Notes under the pieces: generated by a model
What the model saw: only the letters and a program-made list of their open reading frames with translations
Database searches by the model: none
What the model was told of the DNA's origin: nothing
In this document: piece by piece, positions 10,825 through 21,535 of the stretch
Layout: the number at the start of each line of letters is the position of its first letter
How positions within the stretch are numbered: position 1 is the first letter of the stretch
Program-made: the position numbers and the translations under genes
Source of the DNA: a virus
Length of the DNA stretch: 64,000 nucleotides
IMG/VR virus record: IMGVR_UViG_3300006141_000001
Strand: one strand, 5' to 3'

Positions 10825-11061
10825 TTATTGAATAACGTTTAAATTATCATCAATTTTAAATAAACGCTTTCCACAATCAGTACAAATAGCATATTTACCA
10901 GAATTTTTATAAGATAACCCACTATGTAATTCTGTAGACTCAATTTCCCCAGTTTCTAAATTTACATAATATTCCCCATATCCGTGTATATACTGCTTAA
11001 CTGTAAATAATTTTCCTTCACAGTTTGGACACTGTTTAATTGGAAAAATTTTATTAATCAT
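10825..11061 (-). CDS. Zinc-ribbon protein
   Basis: CPNC...CTDCGKRLF. Confidence 0.6.
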   Translation of the reverse strand: MINKIFPIKQCPNCEGKLFTVKQYIHGYGEYYVNLETGEIESTELHSGLSYKNSGKYAICTDCGKRLFKIDDNLNVIQ

Positions 11062-11117
11062 CTTATCTCTCCTATCACTCCTTCACTTTGAAACATTTCC
11101 TTTCTAACAAATTGATT

Positions 11118-11330
11118 TTAACGTACATCCAATACTAAGATAGAATATTTATATCTATCCGATTTCCAGTTATAATCATCTATTTGTATCGGATTATCCA
11201 ATCTGCTACTACAAAATTCTTTTGCCAATTCATAACTACTGTATGCTTCTTGACTTACTTTAGTTGTAAGATATAAACCTCCCAATGTCATAGCTTCTAT
11301 CGCATAAACTTTCATAATATTTCTTTTCAT
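11118..11330 (-). CDS. Hypothetical phage protein
   Basis: 70-aa ORF in array. Confidence 0.5.
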   Translation of the reverse strand: MKRNIMKVYAIEAMTLGGLYLTTKVSQEAYSSYELAKEFCSSRLDNPIQIDDYNWKSDRYKYSILVLDVR

Positions 11331-11339
11331 ACTTTAAAA

Positions 11340-11522
11340 CTACTCACTTTCCTGTTGAAGCCATTTAATTTCCGCTTGAATTGCTTTTTCTTCAGAATCA
11401 AAATACCTAGCAGCGTGTACACTAAAATAGTGTCCTTTGCCTTCCCAATCAGAAGACAAAAACATTTTTGCCATACCTTCCATAGTGGCTGTTTCTTCTC
11501 TTATTTTATCAAAGTTATTCAT
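11340..11522 (-). CDS. Hypothetical phage protein
   Basis: 60-aa ORF with GAGGAG RBS. Confidence 0.5.
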   Translation of the reverse strand: MNNFDKIREETATMEGMAKMFLSSDWEGKGHYFSVHAARYFDSEEKAIQAEIKWLQQESE

Positions 11523-11566
11523 ACTTTTCTCTCCTCTCTATCAGTTGAAATCAAGTTTTCAGCTAT

Positions 11567-12388
11567 CTATTCCATACTGTTCAATTTCTTTTCTATTTCT
11601 GATAAATGTGATTCATCCATAGATTTTCCAGTCCTATTAAGCATCAAGAAATATTTCAAAACTGTCTTTTTATCTGTTTCACTTACTTCTGCGACAGATA
11701 CTTGATGTTCTACAAAAGCCATTTTATCCATTCTACTTAAATCATTAAAATATTTTCCTTTATATGACAATTTGTTTTCATAAAATTCAATCAATGTACT
11801 TAAACGCTGTTTGCCATCAAGTATTTCATAACTTAAACCTCTTTCATACCACTCTTCATCAGATAAATGTATTAGAACAAATTTCCCAATGTCAATATTT
11901 TTAAATATACTGTCTAATAAAAGTTCCTTATCTGTCTCATCCCAAACATATCCTCTTTGATAATCTGGATCAAAGTCTATTCCAAAACCATATTTTTTAG
12001 ACAGCAAACCTTCTATTGAAGAACTATAATAATTTAACCTAACATCTTGATTTTCAGAAAAATTAGTATCTATAGATCCATTTATAGGTCTTACTTCTAT
12101 CCACGGAACAACTCTACATGTTTCATAATCATATGGATTGCCATAACTGTTATTTGTTGCTAAACACTTCAAAACATAAACTTTTCCATCAAACAAAACT
12201 TCTTCAACGATGCTGTCCTTGAAAGATCCAAAACTTACTTTATCACCTACGTCAAAAAAATATGATGGAGTATTAAGATGTATAATTTTTCTTTTTATAT
12301 TCTTTAATTCATTCTCTTTTTCCATTTGTAATCTATCTTCTTGAGATAATTCCTTTTTCTTCGACATTTTTGTATTCTCCATGCTCAC
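11567..12388 (-). CDS. DUF262 domain protein with N-terminal extension, no HNH domain
   Basis: DFDPDYQRGYVW, LLDSI, EILDGKQRLSTL, YFLMLNRTGKSM. Confidence 0.8.
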   Translation of the reverse strand: MSMENTKMSKKKELSQEDRLQMEKENELKNIKRKIIHLNTPSYFFDVGDKVSFGSFKDSIVEEVLFDGKVYVLKCLATNNSYGNPYDYETCRVVPWIEVRPINGSIDTNFSENQDVRLNYYSSSIEGLLSKKYGFGIDFDPDYQRGYVWDETDKELLLDSIFKNIDIGKFVLIHLSDEEWYERGLSYEILDGKQRLSTLIEFYENKLSYKGKYFNDLSRMDKMAFVEHQVSVAEVSETDKKTVLKYFLMLNRTGKSMDESHLSEIEKKLNSME

Positions 12389-12742
12389 ATAAATAACTAT
12401 ACAGAAATTCCCTCTGAAATTGTGTGATTGCCAAATTCAGCCGGATAAAATATTCCATCCAGAAACAGTCCTCCGTGCCTTGTTTAACATCAATGATCTT
12501 GTTTCCAGAAATTCTTTTTCTTCCTTGGATTACAGCTCAAGCGTCATCACAACATTGTTGCAAAATAGTTTTCATAAAAACACCTCATTTCTTCTTGCGC
12601 TTTTCCAAGTATTCTGTTATACCAATCCATCCAGCACATACAATAACCTCCCAAAATCCCAAGTGTTAGGATAATCAACAATAAACATTAGCAATCCGCT
12701 TAATGCGATTAAAGAAAGCCAGCCTTATAATTCCAGGCTTTA

Positions 12743-13132
12743 TCACACTAGATATCCCTCCCTTACAACTTCAAACTCTACCCATTTTAAGAATTTCTTA
12801 AAATCGTAGAGGTTTTCAAAAACATATTCCTCGATTTCGTCATTGAAATAATCAGCACCAGTATAGGCAATTATTTCTTCATCACAACCACTTTCTCCCC
12901 TCACATCATAACAAAGTTGATTGTCTGGATTTCTAAGATAACTATGGGTAATTCCGTTTTCGTGATTATCGGATTCCATTATAGCGACAATTTCAAGTCC
13001 GTCCTCAAAATTCTCAATACACCATTTATCACATTCCCCATACAAATACCTTTGTTCTTCTTCTGAGAGTAAATTGATTTGTTGGATTTGTTCAGCAATT
13101 TTTTCTTTGCTCATTCTATCAATCCTCCGCAC
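12743..13132 (-). CDS. Hypothetical phage protein
   Basis: 129-aa ORF. Confidence 0.55.
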   Translation of the reverse strand: MRRIDRMSKEKIAEQIQQINLLSEEEQRYLYGECDKWCIENFEDGLEIVAIMESDNHENGITHSYLRNPDNQLCYDVRGESGCDEEIIAYTGADYFNDEIEEYVFENLYDFKKFLKWVEFEVVREGYLV

Positions 13133-13392
13133 AATTCTACTCTTGTTTTGTACATTTCCAAACTAATATTCCCAGCGCAACGCTCACACAAATGAAGTCC
13201 GAGAGTACGGCAGTTAATATCATTAAATGGATAGCATAATTCAGCTTTCCAAGCCTATAATATTCCCTTTCGATTCCAAAAATATCTTTCTTCTTAACCT
13301 TCGGAATTTCTTCTCCGCAACAATCGCAGATAATTGTTTCTATCTTCATTTCCCTATCCTCTCCTTACCACATTGGCAGATGCTTCAAAGAA

Positions 13393-13623
13393 TCAATCAT
13401 CTTTTCCCACATGAAATACCCAATACAGAAATTGAGCAACATAGAAAAGCGGATTCAGCACAAGCATAATCAAAAATAACACCACACACGCAAACATATT
13501 CATGTCGTTACATTCGTATATTTCTTTTGGCGTAACAGCAACATTGTTGAAATCTTTGATTGTGCCAAAAAACATCCCTGCAGCAATACAAGTATAAATT
13601 CTTAAAAATAATTTTATTTCCAT
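13393..13623 (-). CDS. Small membrane protein
   Basis: Two hydrophobic segments; likely start MEIKLF after an AAAGG RBS. Confidence 0.5.
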   Translation of the reverse strand: MEIKLFLRIYTCIAAGMFFGTIKDFNNVAVTPKEIYECNDMNMFACVVLFLIMLVLNPLFYVAQFLYWVFHVGKDD

Positions 13624-13652
13624 TTCTTTTCCCTTTCTATCACATATCCGTT

Positions 13653-14060
13653 TTAATATTTCCACCTCAACCGCCGCCGCAGGAAGGTATAGCAATAATA
13701 CCTGTCGCTATCCATACAGTGATCAAACTCCTTTATAACAGCGTCCTCCGGGCTTTCCATATCCCAGGAATACAGTCCATACTCATTTATGGTTGCCTCA
13801 CACTCTTTGTAATAGCTGATAATTCCTCTGTTCAGGAATGTAGTCTGCACACGTATGCCGTCAAGAACATCATTTTCCGCGCCCTTTGCAATGTATTTCC
13901 CGTGCTTCTTGATTGTTTCAATAAACGAAGCTGCGGACGGGTCAACGATTACAAAAGACACTTTCTTGTCGCCTATCAGTTTACACAATTCCTGATAATG
14001 CGTTTCATCATCACGCCTTACCCCAGTTTCGCGGCTGTCATAGTAATATTCGTACTCCAT
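13653..14060 (-). pseudogene. C-terminal (nuclease) fragment of a PBSX-type terminase large subunit
   Basis: EYYYDSRE, IVDPSAASFI, AENDVLDGI, KEFDHCMDSDRY; ATPase half absent; higher GC. Confidence 0.75.
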
Positions 14061-14064
14061 TTGT

Positions 14065-14240
14065 GCGTGCCGCCCATTCCTGGAGACGGCATTGCTCAGC
14101 CACCACGGTTGTTTCTGAACTCATAGACTTACCTCCGTATGTCGGTATCAAAAGTTGAGACTTAACTTTTAATACCCGTAATAGAAATATAGTCTATTAT
14201 CACACACTTTTTCCCTATGGTCGAGGTACACATTATCTAC
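14065..14240 (-). mobile_element. Truncated IS66 left end with 5' fragment of tnpA (orf1)
   Basis: GGAGGT RBS plus MSSETTVVAEQCRLQEWAA (ATG at 14124) resembles Firmicutes IS66 TnpA N-termini; GTAGATAATG candidate IR at 14240. Confidence 0.5.
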
Positions 14241-14413
14241 CGGTTCTTTCCATCGTTAGTTGAAGTTATTTTGATAAAGTGCCATTTTACTGCGTAAATA
14301 TGGATAAGAAGTAGAGGAAAATATGGAGTAATACTTTAAAATCAACAAAGTTTGGAAAGAACCTATCTACCGTTTACCCTTCGGAGTTGTTGCGTGATAT
14401 AATTTCATTTCAT

Positions 14414-14797
14414 TTAATCAACCTCCTTTGGAATTTCCTCTAAATACAATTCATTCTCTTTCAACATTTGCAATGCCATTATCTGCTGTTCCGTCAGATT
14501 GTCACATTGAATGAAATTCTCCCAGACCGCACAAGCACCACTTATTTTGCAAAGCCATGTCATAAGATCAAAATAGTATTCCTGTGGACACATGGCATTT
14601 AATTCTTCCCTTGTGATATTCAGTTTTTTGCAGGCAAAACTTATCAGTTTTTCTTGATGTGACGGAACAGCGTACATTATCTTTCCGCTTTCATCAATCA
14701 CCACTTCAAGATAATGAATAAAGGTTTTCTTGTGTTGTTCCATGTCAAAGTCGGAATATACGGTATATGCCATTCCATCAACCTCCCATAAAATCAA
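14414..14797 (-). CDS. Hypothetical phage protein
   Basis: 127-aa ORF; likely true start at 14773 (MAYTV) after GGAGG. Confidence 0.6.
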   Translation of the reverse strand: MILWEVDGMAYTVYSDFDMEQHKKTFIHYLEVVIDESGKIMYAVPSHQEKLISFACKKLNITREELNAMCPQEYYFDLMTWLCKISGACAVWENFIQCDNLTEQQIMALQMLKENELYLEEIPKEVD

Positions 14798-14853
14798 ATA
14801 AATTCATCCGCGCCATTTCCCTGTTAAGTCATATTTTGGGCAAGTTTTTAAAT

Positions 14854-15858
14854 TTACATATATGCAAGTTTTTCTCTTATACCATATCCACCATCAACAT
14901 ATGTATTTATTGTTATGTTTTGGCTTTTATGCCCTAACTGCTGTTGCGCAAATGCCGCATCAAATTCCTTCGTAGCAACCGTTCCATACCAGTGCCTCAT
15001 CATATGTGGCTTAATTTTTCCTTTTCCATACACTTTAAATATATTATAAATATCAGACTCACTAATTCTATTTCCTGTTTTTGTAAGGAACACGGCGTTT
15101 TTATCAACGATATTATCCCTAGAATCCCTTATTCCAAGCCATTTCACAAATGCATCTTTTGCTGTTTTTGTAAGCAATACATTCCTGGCATATTCCATAT
15201 TATATACACCTTTCCCCATAATACGTATGAACGGAGCAGATTCATACTCATCACCGTCTAAGAATAAACATGATAATTCCAATTCTTTCAGTTCACACTC
15301 CCTTATTCCCGTTTCTTTTAAAATTGTCAGGATCAACAGATTTCTGTCCCTCACAAAAACATCTTTCCTCTTTTTCCTCTTTATATTTTCTTCCATTTCT
15401 TTTATGTCATTTTCTGTGGGCATCTTTGTATACCTGTTGTTATTTGAAGCCACACCATCATATGCCACATCTACAATGATGTTATTTTCCACAGGAATAT
15501 TTGGAGAGATTACCATATATTTCCAAAAGCTTCTAAAAATGTTTTTCCTTGTGTTCAAAGTTGTTGGAGATATTCCATTCCCCTGGCTTTCCTTTAAATA
15601 CATGTTTACATAAGCTGCTTCAATAAATTGCATATCAGACGGCTCTATATCAGAAATGGTGTTTTTTTTAATTATACCTTTATCAATAAACCATTGCAGT
15701 AGACTATTTATCACACCAAAATATTTTAATGCTCCTAATTGGCTTTTCCTATTCAAAAGATACAGTTGAATAAATAACGGCGTATTATTCTCTTCTATTT
15801 TTTTCATCAGCTTCTCTTCATTTTTTTTCTGTTCAATGTCTTTATAACACATAAACAT
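14854..15858 (-). CDS. Tyrosine recombinase/integrase (Xer-like)
   Basis: TGIRECEL (R), IMGKG (K), HMMRH, QLGH, TINTYV (Y). Confidence 0.92.
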   Translation of the reverse strand: MFMCYKDIEQKKNEEKLMKKIEENNTPLFIQLYLLNRKSQLGALKYFGVINSLLQWFIDKGIIKKNTISDIEPSDMQFIEAAYVNMYLKESQGNGISPTTLNTRKNIFRSFWKYMVISPNIPVENNIIVDVAYDGVASNNNRYTKMPTENDIKEMEENIKRKKRKDVFVRDRNLLILTILKETGIRECELKELELSCLFLDGDEYESAPFIRIMGKGVYNMEYARNVLLTKTAKDAFVKWLGIRDSRDNIVDKNAVFLTKTGNRISESDIYNIFKVYGKGKIKPHMMRHWYGTVATKEFDAAFAQQQLGHKSQNITINTYVDGGYGIREKLAYM

Positions 15859-16217
15859 TACCTCCCACTACATAATAATGAATATAGACTTCCAATCATT
15901 TTTCCTATTTTGCGGTCATCATTATCCCACACAGATTCCTCCACAATATCATAAATTAATTCTTTTGTGGCATCGGGGATACACTTATTTTTATCAGAAA
16001 AATAACCAACAACCTCTTCCGATGAACACGCATAAAATTCTATCCCACTGTTTGCCCATCTATTAAAGTAGCATCTTACCGCATTTCTGACAAGATATTT
16101 TCCCTCCGCCTTTTTCACAACCGCAACATGTAAAAATTTGCTATCTGCTGTAATCAAATTATCTGATTCGTATATTTCATATCCATTCTCTGTAAAAAAT
16201 TTTTTTATTTTTTCCAT
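15858..16217 (-). CDS. Hypothetical protein translationally coupled to the recombinase
   Basis: TAATG overlap with the recombinase start. Confidence 0.6.
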   Translation of the reverse strand: MEKIKKFFTENGYEIYESDNLITADSKFLHVAVVKKAEGKYLVRNAVRCYFNRWANSGIEFYACSSEEVVGYFSDKNKCIPDATKELIYDIVEESVWDNDDRKIGKMIGSLYSLLCSGR

Positions 16218-16339
16218 ACATATCTCCCACTTATTTCAACATGGCTGTTTTTTGCATATCATGCTTATTAACTGCCTTTTTCGCAACGAGAAATCATAAA
16301 CTCATTTCTGTTGTTTTTCAATTATTTCTAATAATATAT

Positions 16340-17217
16340 TTATTTATCAAAAAATTCATTGTAACTTTTCTCTAATTCTTTAAGCCTTATCTTTATTTTC
16401 GCATTTTTCCCAGTACCATCTCTACCAGCCGCTTTATTGTATTCTTCCGATTTTGTTGCTGCTCCTTTAGGATTGAACATGCTAATGAACCATTCTTCCA
16501 TTTCTTTATCTGAACGGCCATCTTCTATAGACTTATTCATAATAGGAACCAGGCTTACAAAATGCGTCTTTTGGTACAACCTTCTCGCTGTAGCTTTATC
16601 CTCAACCAGACCATAAACATTATACATCCTATCAAATATTTCAGAAATTTCTTTCTCTTCCTCTTCTGTAACTTCAGTATTTTTTTGTACTTATTCATCC
16701 ATGAAGAATCAACACAAACATCATCTGTGTGCAAAATTGCGTGTGCCCTTTCCCAGTCCATTTCATCTTTTATGGATATTATAATATTCGCCTCACGGAT
16801 AACCTTCTGCACAACTTCTGGCAATTCACTGAAAAGCATTCCATTAATATCAATGCCACCTTCATTTCCATCCTCATCCTTAGTTGGAATTAGTCCAAGT
16901 CCTTCCAATGCAAACTTGTCATTCAGGAACTCACAAAACGTAATTGCTCGTTGTTTTCCATCAATCCCATCATATTTTCCATCTGTTTTATTAAAGTAAA
17001 GCGGTGGAATGAAATTATTTAAAATAGCAGATTGCACTAGTAGAGATTTCTGTTCATTATCATTCCATACATATTTTCTTTGGATATCAATATCAAAATC
17101 AACTTCTTTATCATCCATTTTGCCAACAAGCTTCTCGATTGTCCAATTCATCATTGTAGGTTCCGATCCTCTGTCTATTTTGTATTTAGCCATATCTTTA
17201 TTCCTCCATCTAATCAT
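16340..17217 (-). pseudogene. DUF262 domain protein, disrupted
   Basis: DIDIQRKYVW, IPPLYF, DGIDGKQR; the C-terminus continues in another frame (16340-16627). Confidence 0.65.
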
Positions 17218-17222
17218 ATATG

Positions 17223-18095
17223 TTATTTTTTGACCCTTATTTTATTGTCATTGTCTACATATATTTTCTTCTTTATTCCAAGCGAATCACAGACAATATC
17301 TTCTGTATAAAGCATACAGCAGATCCTATTGTCACGTTTCGGATACTTCGTCCTTGCATTTGCGCTGAAATGGCTTGGATCAATTTGTCTTAATGACCTT
17401 GACAAAAACATATGTATTTTATCCCTATCCATGGGATGTGCAATCCAAACTTCCTTTAAAGCTTTCATGACAAAAGTCGCATACCCATTTGGTTCATTGT
17501 TCCATCCGGCATTTTCAATAATTGAAAATATAAAATCTAAGCATTTCTCCCCATGGTTCTTTGCAATAGAATATGTATCCGAATAACTCCCAAGCACTGC
17601 TCCTTCTCTATTTCCTTTAGTTGAAACAAATTTTATTTTATATTTAGAAAGAAGATTTTCCAAAATAACAGCTGCCTCCTCTCCAAGAATCACTCTTGCT
17701 AAATGTTTTTCTACTGGTTTTACTTCTTCGGTCTCATTGTCTTGTCCAATGAAAAAATCTGCTTCAAATTTCAGTCTCTCTGCATCACTATCTGGAATAT
17801 CCATTAAAACCGTAGCATTGAGCCTATCTAATCCTTTCATAGGAGCAACCCAAAATCTTCCTTGTCCATCAACTATTGCAAACCGATATTCTTCGTAGTG
17901 TGGGACAATAGTGATGGGGGATAATTTTCTGGGATCCCATCTGTTTATCAGCCTGTTTAAGTGCTTATGCATACGCATCCCCTGATACCTCGGATCAACA
18001 TAACAGCAGGATAATGGAACTGTCACATTTCCAGTAATGGTCTTCATATTCTTTCCCTTGCCTTCTACTACATCTGGACGAATATTCGATAACAC
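17223..18095 (-). CDS. ParB/Srx-fold protein (DUF6551-like)
   Basis: VDPRYQ...WDPRKLSPITIV...IVDGQGR. Confidence 0.65.
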   Translation of the reverse strand: MLSNIRPDVVEGKGKNMKTITGNVTVPLSCCYVDPRYQGMRMHKHLNRLINRWDPRKLSPITIVPHYEEYRFAIVDGQGRFWVAPMKGLDRLNATVLMDIPDSDAERLKFEADFFIGQDNETEEVKPVEKHLARVILGEEAAVILENLLSKYKIKFVSTKGNREGAVLGSYSDTYSIAKNHGEKCLDFIFSIIENAGWNNEPNGYATFVMKALKEVWIAHPMDRDKIHMFLSRSLRQIDPSHFSANARTKYPKRDNRICCMLYTEDIVCDSLGIKKKIYVDNDNKIRVKK

Positions 18096-18429
18096 ATCGT
18101 TAAATTACTCTATTCTTCTTGTTTCTTCATTCATAGCTACTACTGTACTCATACTAAAATCCTCCTTAATATGTATTTTTTGTATAATAAAAAGCACTCG
18201 GAATTTTGTTTTCCAAATGCTTTCATTAACCACTTGTTTCAGTTTATTTTTAAAAAAATTTTATACCAATTTATTTATTCTTCTAGCACTCTGCTTAGAA
18301 TAATGTTTTTCATCTTATTCAATGCTTCTATTGCCTTATCGCAAGCCTCATATACTTCCTTTTCATTAGGATTCCCTTTATATGTACGTTTAAACGCTTC
18401 TTGCCATTCAGTTGCCTTCTTAATATCCA

Positions 18430-18753
18430 TTACTGTTCCTCCCAAAATTTGATCTCATCTTCATCCATTACTTCTTCTAAGTAAGATACAATTTGTCCTT
18501 TTTTATTGATCGTAATCAAATATCTGTGAATTTCTCCTTCTGGATTCTTATAACAAAAAGAATCTTTCCTTAATTCTGGATCTCCAACACGTTCAATAGC
18601 CTGTTTGTTTAAAAATTCCTGTGCTGATACTTCACTATCAAACCAAAATGTTTCATCAATATCTTTTAAATGAATACTGATAACTTCATCATTTTCTCCA
18701 TGTACAAATCCTTCCACAAACTTTTGTATGCGCTTATCTATCAAAAATACCAT
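18430..18753 (-). CDS. Hypothetical phage protein
   Basis: GGGAGG RBS. Confidence 0.55.
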   Translation of the reverse strand: MVFLIDKRIQKFVEGFVHGENDEVISIHLKDIDETFWFDSEVSAQEFLNKQAIERVGDPELRKDSFCYKNPEGEIHRYLITINKKGQIVSYLEEVMDEDEIKFWEEQ

Positions 18754-18824
18754 TCATATACCTCCCAAGGAAATAATCCTTTCAAATTCTTTACAATTTT
18801 TCAGAAAATCCAGTTTCCACATCC

Positions 18825-19097
18825 TCACGTTTCTTTTAAAATATTATTTATACTGGCATCCTTCACACTCCAAATCTGAACGTCAAAAACATCTTCTGTC
18901 TTTCTCTGTATCAATATAGTTTCCTCGAAACTGTGTGATTCTTTTAAGCATTCCGAAAAATACCTAGCAGCATTAAAATGATTATCACCTATAATTACAA
19001 AATCTCCAAAACTATATAATCCACCATCAATAATTTCATAATTTTCATTTTTTATATCAATATCTCTTTTTTCTATGTATTTTTCATACTCATTCAT
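18825..19097 (-). CDS. Hypothetical phage protein
   Basis: 90-aa ORF. Confidence 0.45.
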   Translation of the reverse strand: MNEYEKYIEKRDIDIKNENYEIIDGGLYSFGDFVIIGDNHFNAARYFSECLKESHSFEETILIQRKTEDVFDVQIWSVKDASINNILKET

Positions 19098-19193
19098 GAT
19101 TAAACCTACCTATGCAATTTATACAAATATCATGTCCCTTCTATGCCAATAAGGCAACCAATAATATGTTGGTTGCCTTATCAGATTTTACTC

Positions 19194-19388
19194 TCACTTC
19201 TTATTGTACTTACCATTTAAAACATTTTTGTTGACCTGGCTATTACTCAGATCATTCAGAATTCGATCATCATTCATTTTTCCAAAATCTATATCGTGTC
19301 CATTGAGATAGTCACAAGTTTTATTGTCCAATAATTTAAAATATCCCCAAATTGCAATCAAAAATAAAACACTTAAAATAATTTCCAT
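19194..19388 (-). CDS. Small single-TM protein in its own transcription unit (moron)
   Basis: N-terminal TM; promoter TTGATA-17-TATAAT (19480-19452); terminator aaggcaacca...tggttgcctt (19151-19179). Confidence 0.65.
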   Translation of the reverse strand: MEIILSVLFLIAIWGYFKLLDNKTCDYLNGHDIDFGKMNDDRILNDLSNSQVNKNVLNGKYNKK

Positions 19389-19476
19389 AGTATTCCTTTC
19401 TTTTCTCCATTTTATGAGAAGCCTTTGCTTTATGCTATCTATACCACCTAAATTATATCAAATATCCCAGGACATA

Positions 19477-20145
19477 TCAATGTCTATTCTGAATCTTTTT
19501 AACTTCTATGACAGACACTTCATAAGCCACTCTATGCTTTACTTCTGTCTCTGAAAGCTTTTTCACATATTCCCTGCTCTGAATCCTGCCATTTACCTGC
19601 ACATGCCCGCCAACCTCAAAGCCTGAGGCATATCTGGCATTCCTTCCCCAGCAAATGCATGGTATGTAATCGGATTTCCCATAAGATCGGTTCACGGCAA
19701 TCAGCAAATCCGCAATCTCCCTTCCCAGAGGCGTCTTGCGGTATATCGGCTCTTTGCAGATATAGCCATCCAGGAAAATCTGATTGCTCTTATCCCCTTC
19801 GGGAACCTCATCTACAAATTCTAGCTCTCTTACAAATACAGAAAGCACCAGGCGGTTTCGCTTTTCTTCATGCCTGTTGTAGGAACGGAACTGCCCGTCT
19901 ACTCGGATATAGCGGCCAATGTAACTCTTCTGGACATCAATCAGACGCTCTGAAACCATTATCGGAATCGTGTCCGCAAAATTACTGAGGCGGTTTACAG
20001 ATACCTCTGCCATATGAAACCTTTCCCCGAAAACTTCGTGGCTGTACTGAAATTCTGAAACGATTTCACCTATAATGGTTACCCAGTTGTTTTCCATCTT
20101 GCACTCCGCTTTCTTTCCCGTTTTGTTTTCTACTTTTTTGTCCAT
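19477..20145 (-). CDS. ssb: Single-stranded DNA-binding protein, clostridial double-OB type
   Basis: SHEVFGE, GQFRSYN, YRKTPLGREIADLLIAVNRSYGKSDYIPCICWGRNA, GRIQSREY. Confidence 0.92.
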   Translation of the reverse strand: MDKKVENKTGKKAECKMENNWVTIIGEIVSEFQYSHEVFGERFHMAEVSVNRLSNFADTIPIMVSERLIDVQKSYIGRYIRVDGQFRSYNRHEEKRNRLVLSVFVRELEFVDEVPEGDKSNQIFLDGYICKEPIYRKTPLGREIADLLIAVNRSYGKSDYIPCICWGRNARYASGFEVGGHVQVNGRIQSREYVKKLSETEVKHRVAYEVSVIEVKKIQNRH

Positions 20146-20330
20146 TGTTTTTCTCCTTTTTTGTATTTAAAATATATAAAATTTGCAAATTACAAATCTT
20201 TTCTACACTTTGTCGGTTTTCTTCCATTTAAGAATACAAAAACTCTTCTAATCTATTTTCCATTTCTTCTAATTCATCATCTACGCTAGCATTGTGATCA
20301 CACTCCTGATTGCAGCATACGCATTTTAAA

Positions 20331-20870
20331 TCAGGATAATATTTGCACATTCCAGTTTTGTTGATATTTTTTTCTGTAGGTGTTGTCATTCTTTTTTATA
20401 ATTGTAAACCCCACTCTATCCTCTAATCTCTTTTTTTGACTTACCCAATAGTTTCCGATGTATCCACCTGTACTATCCCATATATCAAATACTTTAAATG
20501 AACCATGTAAACCTTCTGTTTCTTTAATACATACAATATGATGTCCTCCGATATTTGCAATAACACTCTTCCCTACTGCTAATATATCGTGATTTAATTT
20601 ACTACAAAACTCATCACCAGTATATTTTTTATTATCTGATTTTCTTGGCTGCTTTTGTTTTATCCATCCTTTTGATTCAAGATATTTTCCATGACATTTT
20701 ACATCTGAAATGTCATAGCCTGTTTTTAACTGCATCTTTACAAGTTCCTGCAACGTTGTTTCATAACTTTGATTTAAAGCGGTACAGATTGTCCGTATAA
20801 CGCAATCTGTAGTATGTTTATTTTTCGGATTAGCGTTATAATACTTAAAAGTATATGTATCTTATGGTAT
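20331..20870 (-). pseudogene. Disrupted papain-like/peptidase-like phage protein
   Basis: The upstream frame encodes YYNANPKNKHTTDCVIRTI; the downstream part has HIVCI and DIWDS; frame breaks at both ends. Confidence 0.4.
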
Positions 20871-20937
20871 TTTCACTTTTGATTTCCTCCATTCTTAATA
20901 ATTATATCACTATCATTCAACAGATGAAATGCGAATT

Positions 20938-21243
20938 TTATTTCACATTTTCTACAATATCTTTCCACCCATCTTTACTCCAAAATATAGAACCATCATT
21001 ATTGTAAGACAGTTCTATACCTCTTTTGCTAAAAAACTCTTCCAAAACTTTATAAAATTCCTCTGTAAGATTAATGATTGAGCTTTGAATAAACATATCA
21101 TTTGATGGAATAACTTTACACTGTCCATTTCCACACATTCCACTCTCATACTTCAATTTGAAACTACAATTCAAATTTTCCAAAGTTTGATTAAAAACTA
21201 TTACCATATCTTCTTTTATCTTCATGATATTTCCTCCAATCAC
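20938..21243 (-). CDS. Hypothetical phage protein
   Basis: ORF with GGAGG RBS (start likely 21225). Confidence 0.55.
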   Translation of the reverse strand: MIGGNIMKIKEDMVIVFNQTLENLNCSFKLKYESGMCGNGQCKVIPSNDMFIQSSIINLTEEFYKVLEEFFSKRGIELSYNNDGSIFWSKDGWKDIVENVK

Positions 21244-21253
21244 TCATTTTTTA

Positions 21254-21535
21254 TTAAAGGCTTAATTCTGCGCTCAAAACATAAGAATGTGCTTCCTCAT
21301 AATTTTCGTTCCGATATATACCAAGAACAGAATAATAGATACTATCCTTTTCTGCTTTACTTAATTCTTTTCCATGTTTATGATACCTTTCTTCTGCTAT
21401 TTGAATAAGATATTCCATTTTTTTCTTAAAATCTGGTTTATAATGCGGACATTTCTCACATTCACTACATTCACATCTTCCATTATAGTATATCCACATA
21501 CATTTACCGTCTGCTTCCATATAATATTCCTCCAA
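21254..21535 (-). CDS. Hypothetical phage protein
   Basis: 93-aa ORF in array. Confidence 0.5.
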   Translation of the reverse strand: MEEYYMEADGKCMWIYYNGRCECSECEKCPHYKPDFKKKMEYLIQIAEERYHKHGKELSKAEKDSIYYSVLGIYRNENYEEAHSYVLSAELSL

